A DNA stretch of 64,000 nt from Candidatus Nomurabacteria bacterium (lineage in GTDB: Bacteria; Patescibacteriota; Minisyncoccia; Phycocordibacterales; SBAW01): assembly GCA_943349945.1 (NCBI GenBank), contig CALQZS010000001.1, forward strand, positions 130,803 through 194,802, written 5' to 3'. Shown piece after piece: positions 9,759 through 19,473 of this stretch (position 1 is its first letter; each line of letters begins with the position of its first letter). The position numbers and the translations under genes are program-made. Under the pieces are notes generated by a model that did not search any database, had not been told where the DNA came from, and saw nothing but the letters and a program-made list of their open reading frames with translations.

Positions 9759-10457
9759 TTATTGAAATGCTGATGATGTGGCCATGCTTGGGGTCGATGA
9801 CGAGACGGTAGTCTGTACTATTGGCGTCGTGGTTGCTTGTGGCTGCACCGCTGCCCCTGGCACCATATTAAGGTTTTTGCCGTAGTTAATAAGAGATGGG
9901 TCCACCGTTGCGGTTACGGTAAAGGTCACCTTGCCCTGTGGGTCGACGGCGATGTCTGAGAACACAATATCCTTGAGCGCTTTGCTTGCGGCAAACTGGT
10001 CGCTCTGTAGCGCCACAGTAGAAAAGCCCGCGGCAATACCCTCGAGCTCTACCTCAGCCGACCCGTCGTCTTGGAGTGCGTAGTTAAAGCTGGTGAATTG
10101 TAGGTTTTGGAGCGTCTGGAGCGAAAGGAAAGAGAATATAGCCGACGCTGCAACGTGGCGCTGCAACAAGGTACCCGCTTGTTTGATACGCAGGTCGATA
10201 CGCAGAAGGTTTTCTATAGCAGAGAGGTCGAAGGCTTCTTTTGTTTTTTGGAGTGAGGCGCTTTTGTCGGCGATAGATTTGACCAAGTATCCTTTGTAGG
10301 CAAAGGTAGCGCCCGCCGCAACGATGGATACTATAAATAGAAAGACACCGACCAAAAACAGTAAGCCTCCGAGCGCGCCGCTATTGCGCGCGCGAGCGCT
10401 AGTATCGAGCGACTTTTTTGGAATAAAAGATGCCGGCGTCTGCGGGTCCATGTACAC
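9759..10457 (-). CDS. pilN: type IV pilus assembly protein PilN-like
   Basis: 232 aa with an N-terminal TM helix, directly downstream of pilM on the same strand. Confidence 0.6.
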   Translation of the reverse strand: MYMDPQTPASFIPKKSLDTSARARNSGALGGLLFLVGVFLFIVSIVAAGATFAYKGYLVKSIADKSASLQKTKEAFDLSAIENLLRIDLRIKQAGTLLQRHVAASAIFSFLSLQTLQNLQFTSFNYALQDDGSAEVELEGIAAGFSTVALQSDQFAASKALKDIVFSDIAVDPQGKVTFTVTATVDPSLINYGKNLNMVPGAAVQPQATTTPIVQTTVSSSTPSMATSSAFQ

Positions 10458-10528
10458 CTAGTATATACTCATTTTTTTGTCCACCAGTATAAAGTTGTGG
10501 CAGTGTGGGGACAAACTAAAAACAACAC

Positions 10529-11629
10529 TTACCCTATTTCTTGCAAACGACGGAGTGCCAAGCCCACTGCCACACAAAACTCTGGTCCTGCTTCTTTTAA
10601 AATCTCTTCCAAAAATGCGGGCGCCTCTGTTTTACCAAAAGGGTCTGCAAGACGGATTTCTGTTTGTATTTTGCCTTGTGCAAAAGCCTGCATACCTTTA
10701 AGCGTGGCGCCACCACCAGTCAAAATGAGCGCACTCAAAGACTGATTCATCCGCGCCTCGTATGCCGCCACCGTGCGCGAAATATCGGACAACAAAGGAG
10801 ACAGAGAAAGTTCGAGTGATTTTTGTAGCTCTGCCCAGCCGCCCGGGTCTGTAGCAGACCCACCACCAGTAAGCCCGAATTTGCGCTTGCGTTCTTCTGC
10901 TTCGGCAACAGAAATATTGAGCGCACGCGAAGCCGCAAGTGTAAGGTCTTGGCTGCCGTGGTTGATGATGTGACTCTCGTGTATAAGCCCGCGCTCGACG
11001 ACATAAAACTTGGTAGTGGCCGCACCCATGTCGACCACAGCCACCGGTGCTATGCCATGGTCGAGCGCGGCACGCACTGCACTAAAGACCTCTATCTCAA
11101 AAAATCCAGTAACCAACCCGGCGTCGCTAGATATAGTACGGAACTTGGCCAGTGTGTCGTTGTGTATAGCAACAAGCAAAACTTCTATTTTGTCGGATGG
11201 CTCGGCGCTTTTACCTCCGCCACCCACCACAAACCAGTCGAGCATTACCTCGTTAATAGGCACGGGGATGTATTTGCGCGCCTCAATAGGCACCACTTGC
11301 GCCAGCTGTTTTTCTACGGACGCAGGTAGGCGCAAAATTGAGATCAAGCTCGACGAGTATGGTATAGCGATGCCCGCGTCTGTGGTGGTTACGTTTGCCT
11401 CGCGTATGACGTCTTTAAGCGCCTCGGCGATTTTCTCAGCAGGAAGGGCAGTGGCGCGGCCAATTTCTATATCGGCATACGGCCCAAGCGCTATGGCGCC
11501 ATACGTCTCGAGTATCACCTTACCCCTATCGCGCCGCAGTTGTACAACCTTAATGGACGAGGTGCCAATGTCGACACCAAGTACACTTTTTTGCGGCTTA
11601 TTAAAGAATGTTGAAAAGGAAAATGCCAT
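10529..11629 (-). CDS. pilM: type IV pilus assembly protein PilM (actin-like ATPase fold)
   Basis: MAFSFSTFFNKPQKSVLGVDIGTSSIKVVQL..., a typical PilM N-terminus. Confidence 0.85.
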   Translation of the reverse strand: MAFSFSTFFNKPQKSVLGVDIGTSSIKVVQLRRDRGKVILETYGAIALGPYADIEIGRATALPAEKIAEALKDVIREANVTTTDAGIAIPYSSSLISILRLPASVEKQLAQVVPIEARKYIPVPINEVMLDWFVVGGGGKSAEPSDKIEVLLVAIHNDTLAKFRTISSDAGLVTGFFEIEVFSAVRAALDHGIAPVAVVDMGAATTKFYVVERGLIHESHIINHGSQDLTLAASRALNISVAEAEERKRKFGLTGGGSATDPGGWAELQKSLELSLSPLLSDISRTVAAYEARMNQSLSALILTGGGATLKGMQAFAQGKIQTEIRLADPFGKTEAPAFLEEILKEAGPEFCVAVGLALRRLQEIG

Positions 11630-11659
11630 ACTAGCTTACGTTTGTTACCATTATATACT

Positions 11660-12271
11660 ATGTGGGAATCTTTTTTATCTTCCCTACTCGACTACCTAGT
11701 ACTGCCGCGCAAAACAGACCAGATCGTGCGCACACTAACACTCGACGAGCTCTACTCGTTAGTGTTGCACTCTGAAGACCAGGGGCTGTTGCCCTACCAA
11801 GACGAGCGCGTGCGCGCCTTGGTGTGGGAGCTTAAATACTATGCAAATAAACACGCCGCAGCGCTTGCCGCCCTCGTCTTGCATGAAACCCTCATAACAA
11901 TAGCCTCAGAGGAGTTGGGCAAGCCACTACTTATCCCCGTCCCCATGCACAAGGCCCGCAGGCGCGCACGAGGCCATAACCAAACAGAGGTATTGTGTGA
12001 AGCGCTGCTCGCCCATGTGGGCGAGTTTTTTGTATACGCACCAGATGTGTTGGTGCGCCATATGCATACCGAGCAACAGCAGGGGCTGCAAAAAGATAGG
12101 CGGCTCAAAAATGTTGCGGGCTCTATGCACAGCAAGCCGCAGGTCCAAGGCCGCACGTGCGTGGTCGTAGACGACGTCACAACCACCGGTGCCACGTTTG
12201 CCGAGGCCACGCGCGCACTCAAAGAGGCCGGGGCACAGCGCGTGATATGCGTTGCTTTGGCAAAATCGTGA
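11660..12271 (+). CDS. comFC: ComF family protein (phosphoribosyltransferase-type competence protein ComFC)
   Basis: C-terminal PRTase motif VVVDDVTTTGATFAEA. Start uncertain: TTG at 11642 or ATG at 11660. Confidence 0.7.
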   Translation: MWESFLSSLLDYLVLPRKTDQIVRTLTLDELYSLVLHSEDQGLLPYQDERVRALVWELKYYANKHAAALAALVLHETLITIASEELGKPLLIPVPMHKARRRARGHNQTEVLCEALLAHVGEFFVYAPDVLVRHMHTEQQQGLQKDRRLKNVAGSMHSKPQVQGRTCVVVDDVTTTGATFAEATRALKEAGAQRVICVALAKS

Positions 12272-12760
12272 CTAATTGGAAACTTGGAAGTATATATTCG
12301 ACCCGTTTGGTCCTGCAGCCGCGGCAGCAAATGCGCCTGTGCCGCCGCCCGGCGTAGGCGCGGTTATAGACAGCGTCGTAGGCGTCTCTGCTTTTTCTAA
12401 ATTGGTATAGAGCGCGCACGCGCTGCCCGACACCACATACCTGTAGTGCGTTTGCGTAGCGCTACCGATACTTGGGTCTTTGGGGACTTGTGCCAACTGT
12501 GCAGCATATTGTGGATATTTGGCCGCAAGTTCGGGCACCAAGTCTGCCAAGTCATAGTTGCCTGCACCCGCAACAGGCGTATAGCACGCCCCGGTGAGTA
12601 AACGCCCCATTTGCGACACTTCTGCTTTGCGGCGTGCATCACGTGCACCCTCGCGCGCACCACCAAGCGCCACAAACACAATCGAGGCCAAGATACCGAT
12701 AATAGCGATGACTACCAACAGCTCCACTAACGTGAATCCTTTATGAGAAATACGTTGCAT
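12272..12760 (-). CDS. type IV pilin / competence pilin-like
   Basis: ATG at 12758-12760 gives [30 protein letters not shown].... The longer track ORF N-terminus is spurious. Confidence 0.75.
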   Translation of the reverse strand: MQRISHKGFTLVELLVVIAIIGILASIVFVALGGAREGARDARRKAEVSQMGRLLTGACYTPVAGAGNYDLADLVPELAAKYPQYAAQLAQVPKDPSIGSATQTHYRYVVSGSACALYTNLEKAETPTTLSITAPTPGGGTGAFAAAAAGPNGSNIYFQVSN

Positions 12761-12865
12761 ATACATAACTATAGCTGCAAAATAGCATCTTCGTAAGAGA
12801 AGTTTGACACACACCACCCCATAGCGGACACTGGGCCTAGATGATCTTCGAAAGGAGACTTTATT

Positions 12866-13453
12866 ATGCCCAAAGGGGTACAAACAAGCCCACGCATAGA
12901 CTGGAACGACGACATTCTTGCCCGTCTGCGCCTACTATGGAGCCAAGGCCTGAGCACCGCAAAAATTGGCCGGCGCCTGGGAGTCAGCAAAAATGCCATA
13001 ATCGGCAAAGCTAAGCGGATCGGCCTGCCCGAACGCCAATCACCCATACGCCGCAGTAGCAATAAAGGAGCGCCCCGCACCCGCCAGACAAAAGCCCCCG
13101 CAACCCTGCCGCCACTGACAAGCTTGGCGCAGCCTGTCGTGCATCCAAAGCCCGCCCCCCTTGCGACAGAGCCCGAGGCGCCAGCGCCACCAGTGCTAAC
13201 GGCGGCGGAGATAGTACACGAAAATCCGCTACCTCCTCGCCCTATGTACGTGCCGCCCATCGAAAGTACACAGGCGGCCCACACCACTGAGCAACGCAGT
13301 TGTTGTTGGCCGCTGGGCGACGTGGGCACGCGGAGTTTCCGCTTTTGTGATGCACCAATAGCGACAAGGAAGCCGTATTGCAGCACACACGCCAAAGAAG
13401 CGTATGTAAAAGCACGTGACAGACGTGAGAACGCAGACGCTTTTATACAATAA
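12866..13453 (+). CDS. gcrA: GcrA-like cell cycle regulator family protein
   Basis: The N-terminus ([39 protein letters not shown]) matches the GcrA DNA-binding domain. The C-terminus (CCWPLGD...FRFCDAPI...KPYCSTHA) matches the GcrA sigma70-interaction domain. Strong RBS aaaggag. Confidence 0.75.
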   Translation: MPKGVQTSPRIDWNDDILARLRLLWSQGLSTAKIGRRLGVSKNAIIGKAKRIGLPERQSPIRRSSNKGAPRTRQTKAPATLPPLTSLAQPVVHPKPAPLATEPEAPAPPVLTAAEIVHENPLPPRPMYVPPIESTQAAHTTEQRSCCWPLGDVGTRSFRFCDAPIATRKPYCSTHAKEAYVKARDRRENADAFIQ

Positions 13454-13478
13454 GACCCCAACGGGTCTTATTTTTTTA
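13454..13478 (+). terminator. rho-independent terminator after gcrA-like gene
   Basis: agaccccaacgggtct followed by TTATTTTTTT. Confidence 0.6.
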
Positions 13479-13484
13479 TAGAAA

Positions 13485-14027
13485 TTAAACTTTTGAAGAC
13501 AAGAAATCTTTGAGTGCGGCGAAGGGTTTTATTTGCAAATATGTTTTTTCGTACTCAGCCTCGTTCATTTGCGCACGGGTTTGTGTGCAGCCGCTTGGAA
13601 TAAATATTTTGTCCCAGCCGTATCCTCCATCCCCCATTGGGGTTTGCGCTACCTCGCCGTCCATAGCACCTTCAAAAAGTTTGAGTGTCTCGCCGTCGTA
13701 ATATCCAAACACACACTTGGCCGTCGCTTTGCGGTTTTTGTCATTAAGCATCGAACAGATACTTTCAAACGAGAGGCGCTCGATAAAGAATTTTATAAAC
13801 GGCCCGGGCAAACCGCCCAACGCCTCAAACTCGAGCGACACGTCTTCGACAATAACGGGCGTCTTAATTTTCTCATACGCCTGCCGTACCTTGTGCCCCA
13901 CAATCTCTTTTAAATCCATCGATTGCAGCTCGTCCAAGTCGAGCTTTACATGGCTCACAGGCAACCCCAAATACCGGGCCAAGTAGTCGGCCTTTTTTTG
14001 GTTACCGGTGATGAAGGTGATTTGCAT
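13485..14027 (-). CDS. rdgB: non-canonical purine NTP pyrophosphatase (RdgB/HAM1 ITPase)
   Basis: MQITFITGNQKK...LPGPFIKFF..., Ham1 family motifs. Confidence 0.85.
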   Translation of the reverse strand: MQITFITGNQKKADYLARYLGLPVSHVKLDLDELQSMDLKEIVGHKVRQAYEKIKTPVIVEDVSLEFEALGGLPGPFIKFFIERLSFESICSMLNDKNRKATAKCVFGYYDGETLKLFEGAMDGEVAQTPMGDGGYGWDKIFIPSGCTQTRAQMNEAEYEKTYLQIKPFAALKDFLSSKV

Positions 14028-14036
14028 TGTGGTAAA

Positions 14037-14474
14037 TTACATCTTCCTCGAGTCATACGCCCAATGCAACAGCGCTTGCCGCTGTTTTGGGCGACAAAAA
14101 ATATCTCCAGTTCTACAATTATTTTTGATTTGCATTATATGCCTACGCATAGCGAGCCACCTTTTTATTTGCTTCTCGTCATCATCGGTCCTACGACCCA
14201 TAAAATATCTGCAGTACCACTGAAACCACCCGCGCGGGTCTTGCGGATGTATCCAGCCTTTTGCCTGCCATACCGCAAGCGACTGACTCGCGTTTATGCC
14301 AAAGTAATTCAGCTCTTTGTGCCGCTTCCCATCGGGTGATAATTTTGCACTCTTCCACCAACCTTTTGGGAACTCCTTTGGCTTGTCAGAAAAATATAAT
14401 CCACCGAACACACCAAGCTCGAGCATCTCTTTTGGCGTCAGGTCCGGCGTAAAGCGCGGGTCGAATTTCGTCAT
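14037..14474 (-). CDS. hypothetical protein (Trp-rich, conserved-looking)
   Basis: 145 aa with good coding potential and no recognisable family. Confidence 0.5.
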   Translation of the reverse strand: MTKFDPRFTPDLTPKEMLELGVFGGLYFSDKPKEFPKGWWKSAKLSPDGKRHKELNYFGINASQSLAVWQAKGWIHPQDPRGWFQWYCRYFMGRRTDDDEKQIKRWLAMRRHIMQIKNNCRTGDIFCRPKQRQALLHWAYDSRKM

Positions 14475-14480
14475 AGTTTG

Positions 14481-15245
14481 TTATTTCCTCGGCAATGGGA
14501 TAAATATACTTGTTTTCCTTTTGTACTCTGCAAACTCAGGGTTCCCCTCCAGTTTCTTTTCAAGCATCGGAACGCCAGACACTTTCAAGATCAAAAAAGT
14601 TATAGTCATAGGCCCAACAATACCAAGCCAGGCGCCGGGTACAGAGAGAGCGATGAGCCACAGCCCCCACCACTGCACTACCTCGCCAAAATAATTTGGA
14701 TGACGAGTGTACGCCCACAACCCGCTTTGCATCAACTTTCCCTTGTTCTCTGGATTTTTAATAAACCGCGCAAGTTGTGCATCGCCCAAAGCTTCAAAAT
14801 AAAAACCAACAAGCCACACAGCTACGCCTAGAAAATCGAGCAGCACAAGACTCGGCCCAGCATTTTTGTTGATAAGCAGTACCGGCGAAACAATGAGGAA
14901 CAAAAACAGGCCTTGCAAAAGATACACTTGAAAATACGAACGGATATAAAACCACTTGCCCCATTCTTTCCTCCAAGCTAGATAGCGATAGTCCTCTGCT
15001 TTGCCTTTGTTGCGTCTGTGTATGTGCCACGCTAAACGCAAACCCCAAATACTTACCAACACTCCTACCAACATCCCTCGTATACCAGAATCACCGGAAA
15101 GAAAAAAGGATGCCCCTGTCATCAGTACAAACCCGAGCCCCCACGCCACATCGGCCACATCGTTTCTTTTCCTAATCAAAGAAACCACGAACCATAGGCT
15201 CATGTACACAAGCAGTATGGCGATAAGAGTTACAAAATAACTCAT
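14481..15245 (-). CDS. DUF1295 / steroid 5-alpha-reductase-like membrane protein
   Basis: C-terminal RHPNYFGE motif and multiple TM segments. Start moved to MSYFVTL (15243-15245), giving an ATGA overlap with the upstream gene. Confidence 0.65.
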   Translation of the reverse strand: MSYFVTLIAILLVYMSLWFVVSLIRKRNDVADVAWGLGFVLMTGASFFLSGDSGIRGMLVGVLVSIWGLRLAWHIHRRNKGKAEDYRYLAWRKEWGKWFYIRSYFQVYLLQGLFLFLIVSPVLLINKNAGPSLVLLDFLGVAVWLVGFYFEALGDAQLARFIKNPENKGKLMQSGLWAYTRHPNYFGEVVQWWGLWLIALSVPGAWLGIVGPMTITFLILKVSGVPMLEKKLEGNPEFAEYKRKTSIFIPLPRK

Positions 15246-15640
15246 AAACCGATCTTGGTTGCGATGAAGTAGGTTACCGCAGAAACAGACGCCGCGAGCA
15301 CTGCACCCCACACTAAGTCAACGATGGTTACAAGAAGCGGCCAATCTTTGGTGACGGCAAGGTTAGTAAGGTCGTACGTTGCATAACAAACCAAACCAAA
15401 TAGCGCACCGAACAAAAGTGCGTGCGTCCATGAATTCTTCTCTATGGCCGGCATAATTACAAAAACCACAAGACCGACAACAAACAAAAGATAAAAGATA
15501 ATAGCCGCCGTCCAGTTTACATCTGGCTTTAGGAGCGGACCGATTTGTTTAGCGTAAAAACCCTTTGCAACGAGTCCAAGCCACACCATGTCGATGGCAA
15601 AGAAAACAGGGAGTGCTATTGCATAGAGTTTTATGAACAT
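15242..15640 (-). CDS. small integral membrane protein (DUF2177-like)
   Basis: 132 aa, 4 TM helices. Confidence 0.55.
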   Translation of the reverse strand: MFIKLYAIALPVFFAIDMVWLGLVAKGFYAKQIGPLLKPDVNWTAAIIFYLLFVVGLVVFVIMPAIEKNSWTHALLFGALFGLVCYATYDLTNLAVTKDWPLLVTIVDLVWGAVLAASVSAVTYFIATKIGL

Positions 15641-15651
15641 AAAAGATAGGA

Positions 15652-16302
15652 TTAATTAATAATTTCCACCAACACTTCATTGCGATACATCCACGGTGGA
15701 GTCCATGGTGCGCTGTATCCAGCGTATGCAGTGCTTCCCTTTGTCGCCACTCCATCACGGGCAAGTGCCGAAGCTAATTTTTCTTGCATGTCTTTTACCC
15801 GCGTATCCGAGCGATACCCCGAGAATTGCAGTACTGCATATTTCTTGGTAGGGATCATCACGATTTTCACTCTCGGATCATTTGGTGTCGGTAATGTTTC
15901 AAGGGTGTACGAGCGGGGCATACCAAAAGATATTATTTGCGAGTCACCATCAGTCGTCGCTACTACCGGTGCAGTCATAGCAATATTTTCTGATGTTTTT
16001 TCGCCTCCTACTTTTTGCGCGATGACTGGAACGGTCATCGCTATACTTTCTTTTTTTGTATTTCCGCCAAAGATATACCCAGCAACAATTCTAAAACCAT
16101 TATTCATAGATTCTCCATAAGAACCCTTTACCGTAGTCTGCGCTACGATATGTGCCGGATATTCTCGTATTTCATATCCATCTTTTATCTCAATGACAGT
16201 ATAGTCAGCTTGCTCAACACGCGAACCAAAAAATCCTGAGATAGACCAAAGCACCACAATAACAAGCAAAGCGATAAGTATAGTGCTCATATTTTTATTC
16301 AT
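15652..16302 (-). CDS. SOUL heme-binding protein family protein
   Basis: N-terminal TM helix plus the SOUL/HBP fold signature (YEIREYPAHIVAQT...AGYIFGGN). Confidence 0.7.
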   Translation of the reverse strand: MNKNMSTILIALLVIVVLWSISGFFGSRVEQADYTVIEIKDGYEIREYPAHIVAQTTVKGSYGESMNNGFRIVAGYIFGGNTKKESIAMTVPVIAQKVGGEKTSENIAMTAPVVATTDGDSQIISFGMPRSYTLETLPTPNDPRVKIVMIPTKKYAVLQFSGYRSDTRVKDMQEKLASALARDGVATKGSTAYAGYSAPWTPPWMYRNEVLVEIIN

Positions 16303-16345
16303 ATAGCTTTAGTATATAATAGTATATACTAAACTATAATAATAT
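16297..16345. promoter_or_regulatory. divergent promoter region with TAGTATATA direct/inverted repeats (candidate operator)
   Basis: ttagtatataatagtatatactaaactataataatattagtttagtatat lies between the SOUL (-) and fasciclin (+) starts. It contains a 12-bp inverted repeat atatactaaact/agtttagtatat. Confidence 0.35.
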
Positions 16346-16393
16346 TAGTTTAGTATATGCATTAACAATATTTAATCAATTTAAAATAAATAT

Positions 16394-16795
16394 ATGCAAA
16401 ATATCGTAGAAACAGCTGTCGCAGCAGGATCATTTAAAACACTGGTCACTGCAGTGCAAGCGGCAGGATTAGTAGACACTCTATCTGGTGCAGGTCCCTT
16501 CACTGTATTTGCTCCAACTGATGAGGCTTTCGCCAAAATTCCAAAAGAGACTCTCGACGCAGTCCTTGCGGATAAAGCAAAGCTAACATCTATACTTACG
16601 TACCATGTGGTGGCAGGAAAAGTAATGGCTTCTGATGTAATGGGCCTGACTTCTGCAAAGACAGTACAAGGTGATGAAGTTAAAATAGAAACTGCAGATG
16701 GAGTTATGGTAAACGACGCCAAAGTAGTACAAACAGACATAGAATGCACAAACGGAGTAATCCATGTCATCGATTCAGTCTTGATGCCAAAATAA
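16394..16795 (+). CDS. fasciclin (FAS1) domain protein
   Basis: Typical FAS1 H1/H2 motifs ([10 protein letters not shown]...[11 protein letters not shown]). Confidence 0.8.
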   Translation: MQNIVETAVAAGSFKTLVTAVQAAGLVDTLSGAGPFTVFAPTDEAFAKIPKETLDAVLADKAKLTSILTYHVVAGKVMASDVMGLTSAKTVQGDEVKIETADGVMVNDAKVVQTDIECTNGVIHVIDSVLMPK

Positions 16796-16814
16796 ATACA
16801 TCCGAAATAAAAAT

Positions 16815-16844
16815 AAAAAACTCTAACTTTTGTTAGAGTTTTTT
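16815..16844. terminator. bidirectional rho-independent terminator
   Basis: aaaaaactctaacttttgttagagtttttt, with A-run and T-run on both sides, between convergent genes. Confidence 0.6.
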
Positions 16845-16855
16845 ATTTTTATTGA

Positions 16856-17245
16856 TTAGGCGTCTATTTTTGCCGCAAGAATAAAATCATTTTGAGAGAG
16901 TCCGTTAATTGCATGGGTGGACAGCGTGAGCTCTACAAATTTGTAGTTTTTCAGATATATGTCCGGATGATGCCCCTCTGATTCAGCCAAAACGCCAACC
17001 TTATTTACAAAAACAAGAGCTTCATTGAAGTCCTTAAAACTATATCGCTTGGCGATACTTTTAGCATCAAGCGAAATATCCCAGCCGGGAATTTGCTTGC
17101 ATAATATATCTGCCTCTATCTTTGAAAAAGGAATGACACCACCATCGCATGCCATGCATTTTTGTTGAGTCAGTGGCGAGTTAGTTTTAGGAGTAGGGGC
17201 CTGACTCTGTATAGTTGTATGTTCCATATGCTTGTAGTATAGCAA
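16856..17245 (-). CDS. phhB: 4a-hydroxytetrahydrobiopterin dehydratase (PCD/DCoH)
   Basis: EGHHPDI...ELTLSTHA motif. Confidence 0.8.
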   Translation of the reverse strand: MLYYKHMEHTTIQSQAPTPKTNSPLTQQKCMACDGGVIPFSKIEADILCKQIPGWDISLDAKSIAKRYSFKDFNEALVFVNKVGVLAESEGHHPDIYLKNYKFVELTLSTHAINGLSQNDFILAAKIDA

Positions 17246-17268
17246 AATTAAGAATGGCTACAAATTTT

Positions 17269-18939
17269 TTATTTCGTATCAATATGATTCCACGCAAAAC
17301 CCTTGTCTCCATACACTTTTTTACCTGGGTTTAAAATAGCAAGCGGGTCAAAAATATCTTTTGTCTTTTCAAAGAGACGTACGATCTCAGGGGTAAACAT
17401 CTGCGAAAGGTACGAGGTACGTAAAAGTCCGTCATTATGTTCTCCAGACATAGAACCTCCATACTGAAATACGAGAGTATAGACTTCATCCATGAGTGTA
17501 TGGAGAGTCTCAACTATTCCTTCTTTATGAATGTCAATAAGCGGAATAATATGAAAGTTTGCATCTCCCATATGTCCGGCCACAGTATAAATAAGATCAT
17601 ATTTCGAAAAAATAATTTCAAGTTTGGGAAGAAACTCCGGGAGATCTTTTGTGTGTACGACAATATCATCAATTGTGGGTGCCGTTCGATACCCTCGCAA
17701 CTTCTGGCGAAGCAGGTTGAAGCTTTCGCGCCTGAATGTCCAATACTTTTTTGCTTCTTGTTCCGAGTGCGTCAATGTAATAGGAAATCCGAATACCTTC
17801 ATCTCGTTATATGCTGACTGTACCTGCTCTGCAACTTCTTCTTCAGTATCCCCTGCAAATTCTGCCATGAGAATTATCTTTGGAACTCCGCCAGTGATTG
17901 CCATCCAAAACTCAGGCAAAAATTGGAACCCGAGCGTCAACATAGTACCCCCCATGCTTTTTGCAATTGAACCAAAGAATTTAATCGCTATTTTAAACGT
18001 ATGATCATCATAAGATTCGATGGTTTCAGGTGTATGTTTTAAAAGTCTTGGAATTATTTCTCCTAGTTGCGTTGTGGCTGGCAAAAACATAACGAGCATT
18101 CTGGAATGTTTTTTGGGGACAATTCCACTCAATGTCGCTTCAGTCACACAGGCAAGGGTTCCCTGACTGCCCACAACGAGCTTTGATAGGTCAAATACTC
18201 CTGATTCTTTATCGTAGACATTCCAAAGATAGTACCCTGAAGAATTTTTTGTTACTGTCGGTTTTGCTTGTTGCAGTACATCATAGTTGTCCTTTACAAG
18301 GGCAAATATCTCTCGATGAATGCGCCCGCTTTCAGTTTGTTCTTCGCATTTTGCGATAAGTTTCTCTGCATGAAGTGGTTCTAGAACATCTTCTTCTCCA
18401 TTTGCAAATACAACACGAAGCGAGCGAACATACTTTTCCGTCTTTCCATAGGTAAGTGTCTTTTCACCTCCTGAGTTATTAGAGACAATACCTCCAATCG
18501 CAGCCAAATCACGAGACGCCGGATAGCTTGGCAAAAGCCAGCCGTGCGCAAGAGTCTTTTTCTCAAAATCACTATAGTATACCCCCGGCTCTGTTATGGC
18601 TTCTGTGTCGGTGACAGAAAATACATGATTCATGTATCTCATTGTGTCTACGACGATGGATTCCGAAAGTGGGCCACCGGTCATACAGGTACCGGCGGCA
18701 CGCATGGTGAGGGATAACGGTACACCCTGATCTATATCTTTAGTTTTTTTTGCATGCACATAAGCAACAAGTTTTGCAATGTCTTCTTTACTTTTTGGGT
18801 AGACAACAATGCGGGGTTTTACATAAAAAAGGCTTGTGTCTCGCGCAGCTTTTTCTCGATCACTGTCTAAGATAGAAATATCTCCTTTGATTATTGTACG
18901 CAAATCACCAGCGACATCCGTATAAAAAATTTCATTCAT
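17269..18939 (-). CDS. FAD-linked oxidase (D-lactate dehydrogenase/glycolate oxidase GlcD-like)
   Basis: 556 aa with an FAD-binding PCMH domain and an FAD-oxidase C-terminal domain. Confidence 0.8.
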   Translation of the reverse strand: MNEIFYTDVAGDLRTIIKGDISILDSDREKAARDTSLFYVKPRIVVYPKSKEDIAKLVAYVHAKKTKDIDQGVPLSLTMRAAGTCMTGGPLSESIVVDTMRYMNHVFSVTDTEAITEPGVYYSDFEKKTLAHGWLLPSYPASRDLAAIGGIVSNNSGGEKTLTYGKTEKYVRSLRVVFANGEEDVLEPLHAEKLIAKCEEQTESGRIHREIFALVKDNYDVLQQAKPTVTKNSSGYYLWNVYDKESGVFDLSKLVVGSQGTLACVTEATLSGIVPKKHSRMLVMFLPATTQLGEIIPRLLKHTPETIESYDDHTFKIAIKFFGSIAKSMGGTMLTLGFQFLPEFWMAITGGVPKIILMAEFAGDTEEEVAEQVQSAYNEMKVFGFPITLTHSEQEAKKYWTFRRESFNLLRQKLRGYRTAPTIDDIVVHTKDLPEFLPKLEIIFSKYDLIYTVAGHMGDANFHIIPLIDIHKEGIVETLHTLMDEVYTLVFQYGGSMSGEHNDGLLRTSYLSQMFTPEIVRLFEKTKDIFDPLAILNPGKKVYGDKGFAWNHIDTK

Positions 18940-19154
18940 ACATTTATTATAACATTATCGGACTCATTTTACTTAGCGTTTGCTTCGAGTTTTTCTTCGC
19001 TGTATATACCAGTACACATAGAGAGAAAGTAGAAGGATTATATTCGGAATAAATATGATTGGTTGACCCCAGGATATTCCATTGATATGGAAGTCTGAAA
19101 TCGGCCACAAAAAAGGCGTTGGGAAAAAGGCAAAATCGTGTGTAGGTATATCAA

Positions 19155-19445
19155 CTAAAATATGAAGTGGCCACGCGAGCGTAAGCTTGGCAAAATGCTT
19201 TTTGCCAAGAATAACGCATAAACGACCAAGCTATGAGTAATACCATAGACGGTGAAGACGTACGGCGGAATCGTTTCTAAGCTTGGCCGACCCATTGCGC
19301 CACCAGAAACTAGATTTATTATAAAAAGAGGCGCGAACGCCAAGAGGTCTGGCCCTATACCAAAGAGAAATGCAGTCACATAATCCCGCCTGCGCATGCG
19401 ACCAAATGCAACACCTCCATATAATCCGTGAGAGATAATGTCCAT
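19155..19445 (-). pseudogene. possible truncated/frameshifted membrane-bound metal-dependent hydrolase (DUF457-like) remnant
   Basis: 96-aa ORF MDIISHGLYGG.... Additional hydrophobic reading frame continues after the stop in 18960-19150, with an overlapping alternative frame at 19231-19449. Confidence 0.3.
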
Positions 19446-19473
19446 ACATTTATTATACTATTTGTATGTGAAA

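Noticed and set aside
12769-13461. 230-aa minus-strand ORF
   Set aside because: Antisense to the GcrA-like gene, which has a strong RBS and clear family motifs.
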